The notes under the pieces are model-generated. The model saw nothing but the letters and a program-made list of their open reading frames with translations. It ran no database searches and was not told where the DNA came from. A stretch of 64,000 bases of DNA from Lingula anatina (taxonomy: Eukaryota > Animalia > Brachiopoda), in contig CM120649.1 of NCBI GenBank assembly GCA_051362555.1, positions 18,180,567 through 18,244,566 of the forward strand, in the 5' to 3' direction. This document shows, one piece after another, positions 61,296 through 64,000 of the stretch. The translations under genes were made by a program, and so were the position numbers. How positions within the stretch are numbered: position 1 is the stretch's first letter; each line of letters opens with the position of its first letter.

Positions 61296-63107
61296 GCACG
61301 GGATCCTGGGTGCACACAGAAACAACTCTCACAGCAATGCCTACATATTTGTAATTTGCTCTGAGATTAATATTAATGAATATTATACAGAATTCAGATA
61401 TTTAACGAAACTATTTCAAGTTGTTATTTTTGGTGGTTCTTCAATTTCTATACCATTATTCATTATTTCTGTTTAAAATAGGTGTCATATTTTAATATAT
61501 ATGTTTTTTTTTCCTTTATTGTAGTCACAAGTTAGAGGTTGAACTGGATGATGATAACACCAAGAGAAGGAACAAGTCAAGACACTTTGAGGCCAGTGCA
61601 ATTACGTAAGTGACAGGACCCTGCTGTTGAGAATTATTTTATTCTAATATTGGTTTTCAAGGCAAACTATAAATTATATTCATAAATATATTTGTTTCAA
61701 TATATTAGTTGGGATAGCAAAAGAAAAAAAAAGAGAGAATAGTTGTAAACCCAAAAGATACATTCTACTTATGTTTAGCACTTGCTGATGATAAATATGA
61801 TAACATCAAAGTGAAAAACATTTCATTTGTTTCTTGTGTTGATAAAATTAAATTGTTTCTAATTTAAAAGAGTCTAAACATGTTTCAACATGTTGAGGTT
61901 TTTAAAAATGATAAAATTTTTCATCATCAGTATTCTGTATTCCAAAAAAAAAATTCTATCTTAATTCCATTTTGACACTTAATTCAGGATACAGCGAGCT
62001 TGGCGCCACCATCACCAGGGTCACCTTGCAGATACCGCCTCCTCCGAGCCAGATGAAGCCAGTGAGACAGAGAGCGCAGGTGACCAACACCCCATCACAT
62101 CAAGCACAGAGGACTCTCTGCTAGAACCAGAAGGTCATCAAGGTCAAATCTTAGGTCAAGGTCAAATGTCAGGTCAAGGTCACATGAAAGGTCATAGGCC
62201 AAGTGATCATGTTTCCAAAATCAAGAACTCTGCAGTGAGTAAGTTGGTCGGTGGATCAGAGTGTGACTCTGTCGTGTCAGACTACTCAGAAATGGCCGAC
62301 CCTGTGCGTGATCTCTTTGTGGAGAATGAGGTGAAGATTGTGAAAAGGGAAGAGCTTGCGGGCGGAAAGAATTTGTGCACTGGCAGCTCTCTTGAGGAGA
62401 AGCCAGAGCGCAGTCCCGAGGAAACGCAGGAAGAGTTCGAGAAGCGTGTGCGTAAAGAGAATTATCTCAGTTTGGCCCAGGAATTTGCTGCCCTGAAGAA
62501 GATCAATTCAGACGCATTACCATTTGACCTTCATAAGGAGGTCAACAAAAGGGAGTATAGTCCTATGAGTGAGGGCAGCTCAGTAGCCTCTGCACCTGTC
62601 ACTCCTAGTGACCCAGATATTGAGTTGCTGGGGGCAAACACCAATCTGAATAAACTAGAACAAAATATAGCCAATCAGAACAAAGCTAACAACAACTCAT
62701 CATATCAGAACAATGCTAATGACAAAACAGCCAATCAGAACACTAAAGATAAAATGTCAGCCAATCAGGATGTCGCTTCCTTTGTGATGATGCCAGATGT
62801 CATCCCTCAGCCAAAAGTAGCCTGGGGTGAAGGTCCTGCCAATCAGGAAACCTCGGCACACTCTGGACTGTCACAACCGTCTCACCTAACACAATCAAAC
62901 GTTAGCGCAGACACCTCCCATGAGAGATCTCACAAATTAATGGAGAATGGACATTCTGCATCTAAGGACAAAGGTGCCATGGTGAGCAGTGCCAGTGAGG
63001 AGTTGGGCGACTTTGACGTGATTGAGAGCACGCTGCCAGAGTTGGATTGGAACACCATAGAGCAGAAGCTGCAGAGAGCAGCAGAGGAGGAGAAACAGAG
63101 ACTGAAG
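52869..63107 (+). CDS. SCHIP1: IQ-motif SCHIP1-like protein (IQCJ-SCHIP1-like); 5' part only, the gene continues beyond the window
   Basis: Exons 52869-52988, 53908-54018, 54522-54586, 61525-61605 and 61988-63107 with matching phases (0, 0, 2, 2). IQ motifs AAVCIQSHYRGHLGRKKY and ASAITIQRAWR. RKENYLSLAQEFAALKK and DFDVIESTLPELDWNTIEQKL resemble, from memory, SCHIP1-family blocks (vertebrate PMDWEALEKHL). The C-terminal SCHIP-1 domain is not in the window. Confidence 0.75.
53771..53868 (+). pseudogene. Internally deleted tandem duplicate of the IQ exon
   Basis: TTTCAG|GTGGACAATTTAGGTGTAGCTGAGCATGCCACGGTGT matches the start of exon 53908. It then jumps to ATATACCTATGAGCTCTTTTCACATTGTGCATTACACA, matching intron 54039-54077. 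Confidence 0.8.
54088..54313 (+). mobile_element. Tourist-like MITE, family A
   Basis: TAA|GGGTGCTTTCCCAGAGAT ... ATCTATGGAAATGGGGTG|TAA. Confidence 0.8.
55045..55183. mobile_element. MITE family C, inverted shorter copy
   Basis: Interior is the reverse complement of 42890-43010 (e.g. CTAATAGACACTGAATAGAT, GGGGAAGTATTCAAGTGGGTC). Confidence 0.7.
60218..60432. mobile_element. Degenerate MITE
   Basis: Imperfect inverted repeats AAGTTGATCTGCAGACTAA / TTAGTCCGCAGGTCAACTT near the two ends. Confidence 0.5.
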
Positions 63108-63811
63108 GTGAGGCCTCTTTTATTTCTTGCTCACTGTGGGTTGATATTTTCTCTTAGTCAACCATCCCTATGTGACTGGTTGATCAGAAGGTTCCATATC
63201 ATAAATTTATAGAATCTGTTTGATCAAGTTTGATTTGTTTCAGTTTATCAGATTAAGAAGATCTAGATCAAATCTGTTACATTCAGTGTGATTTGTTTTA
63301 GATTAATAGGTTAAAAAGATATTTGAACGCTGCAGTTTATTCATTTGTCAGTCTAATATGAAAGTCATATCTGAAGTTTGAAGCCAATCCCAGACTAGTC
63401 CTGCATATTTACCAATTATATAACCACAACAAATGTTTGATTAGGCTGTCATAAAAACTGGAAGCTGCAATCGAGCTTTAAATGCCAAAAGATGAGCCCA
63501 AGTTTTTTTCCCTTCATTTCAATCTGAATATGACTCATTACTGCCAGTATTCCAAACTCCTGTTTCACCATCAGCTGTGGTTGCAAATTGATGTTTTTTT
63601 CCCTAGAATTCCAGACATCTATTCATCTATACAATTCAATATTGTAGTGTGTCTGGGATTGAGATAATATCCCTGGGGAAGTAGTTGATGCTTATTCAAT
63701 GATCAGACAAATCTGGGTCTCGTCTTCCTACCCTGAGTTTCACAACCTGACAGAGATTACTGCTCTCTGTATACCAGTACACTCTTCTTCAACATCCTCA
63801 ATGAGGCTTTA

Positions 63812-63877
63812 ATATCCAGGGTGCTTTGATATGCAGGGTGCTTTGATATCCAGGGTGCTTTGATATTCAGGGTGCTT
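63812..63877. repeat. 17-bp tandem repeat, 4 copies
   Basis: Unit GATATCCAGGGTGCTTT. Confidence 0.85.
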
Positions 63878-64000
63878 ATTTATGGGTCACAATAGACCTT
63901 ATTTCATGAGAATAAACTGTGTCATTATGGTTTTGTTAAGGTTGTTAGTGGTTAATTTTTTGGCTGGTCTGTAATTACACGAACAGCACATGTACATATA

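Overview
Intron-rich, AT-rich animal genomic DNA. The repeat types and gene content suggest a lophotrochozoan, probably a mollusc, but this is inference. Five spliced protein-coding genes can be rebuilt by hand with consistent exon phases: a secreted F-type lectin with a PAN/apple-like domain (-, 4166-5793), an MGAT5/GnT-V-like glycosyltransferase (-, 7076-15695), an SLC28/CNT nucleoside transporter (+, 18568-25574), a PRKX/PKA-C3-type kinase (-, 28981-51204) and the 5' part of an IQ-motif SCHIP1-like gene (+, 52869 to beyond 63107). The left end holds a Helentron-like satellite element, a decayed duplicate of the MGAT5 last exon and 3'UTR carrying nested insertions, and a degenerate Tc1 transposon. 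Many small TIR elements (MITEs), minisatellites and microsatellites are scattered throughout. The strongest unexpected signal is a second, intact, homologous terminal exon of the kinase (35697-35825) that is absent from the ORF track and would give PRKX two mutually exclusive AGC C-terminal tails. Also notable are substitutions in the SLC28 Na+ and nucleoside sites, an MGAT5 that seems to lack the N domain, two IQ motifs built into the SCHIP1-like gene with a broken duplicate IQ exon, and facing poly(A) signals between SLC28 and PRKX. No rRNA, tRNA or CRISPR array was found. All coordinates were counted by hand and family calls come from recalled motifs, not database searches.
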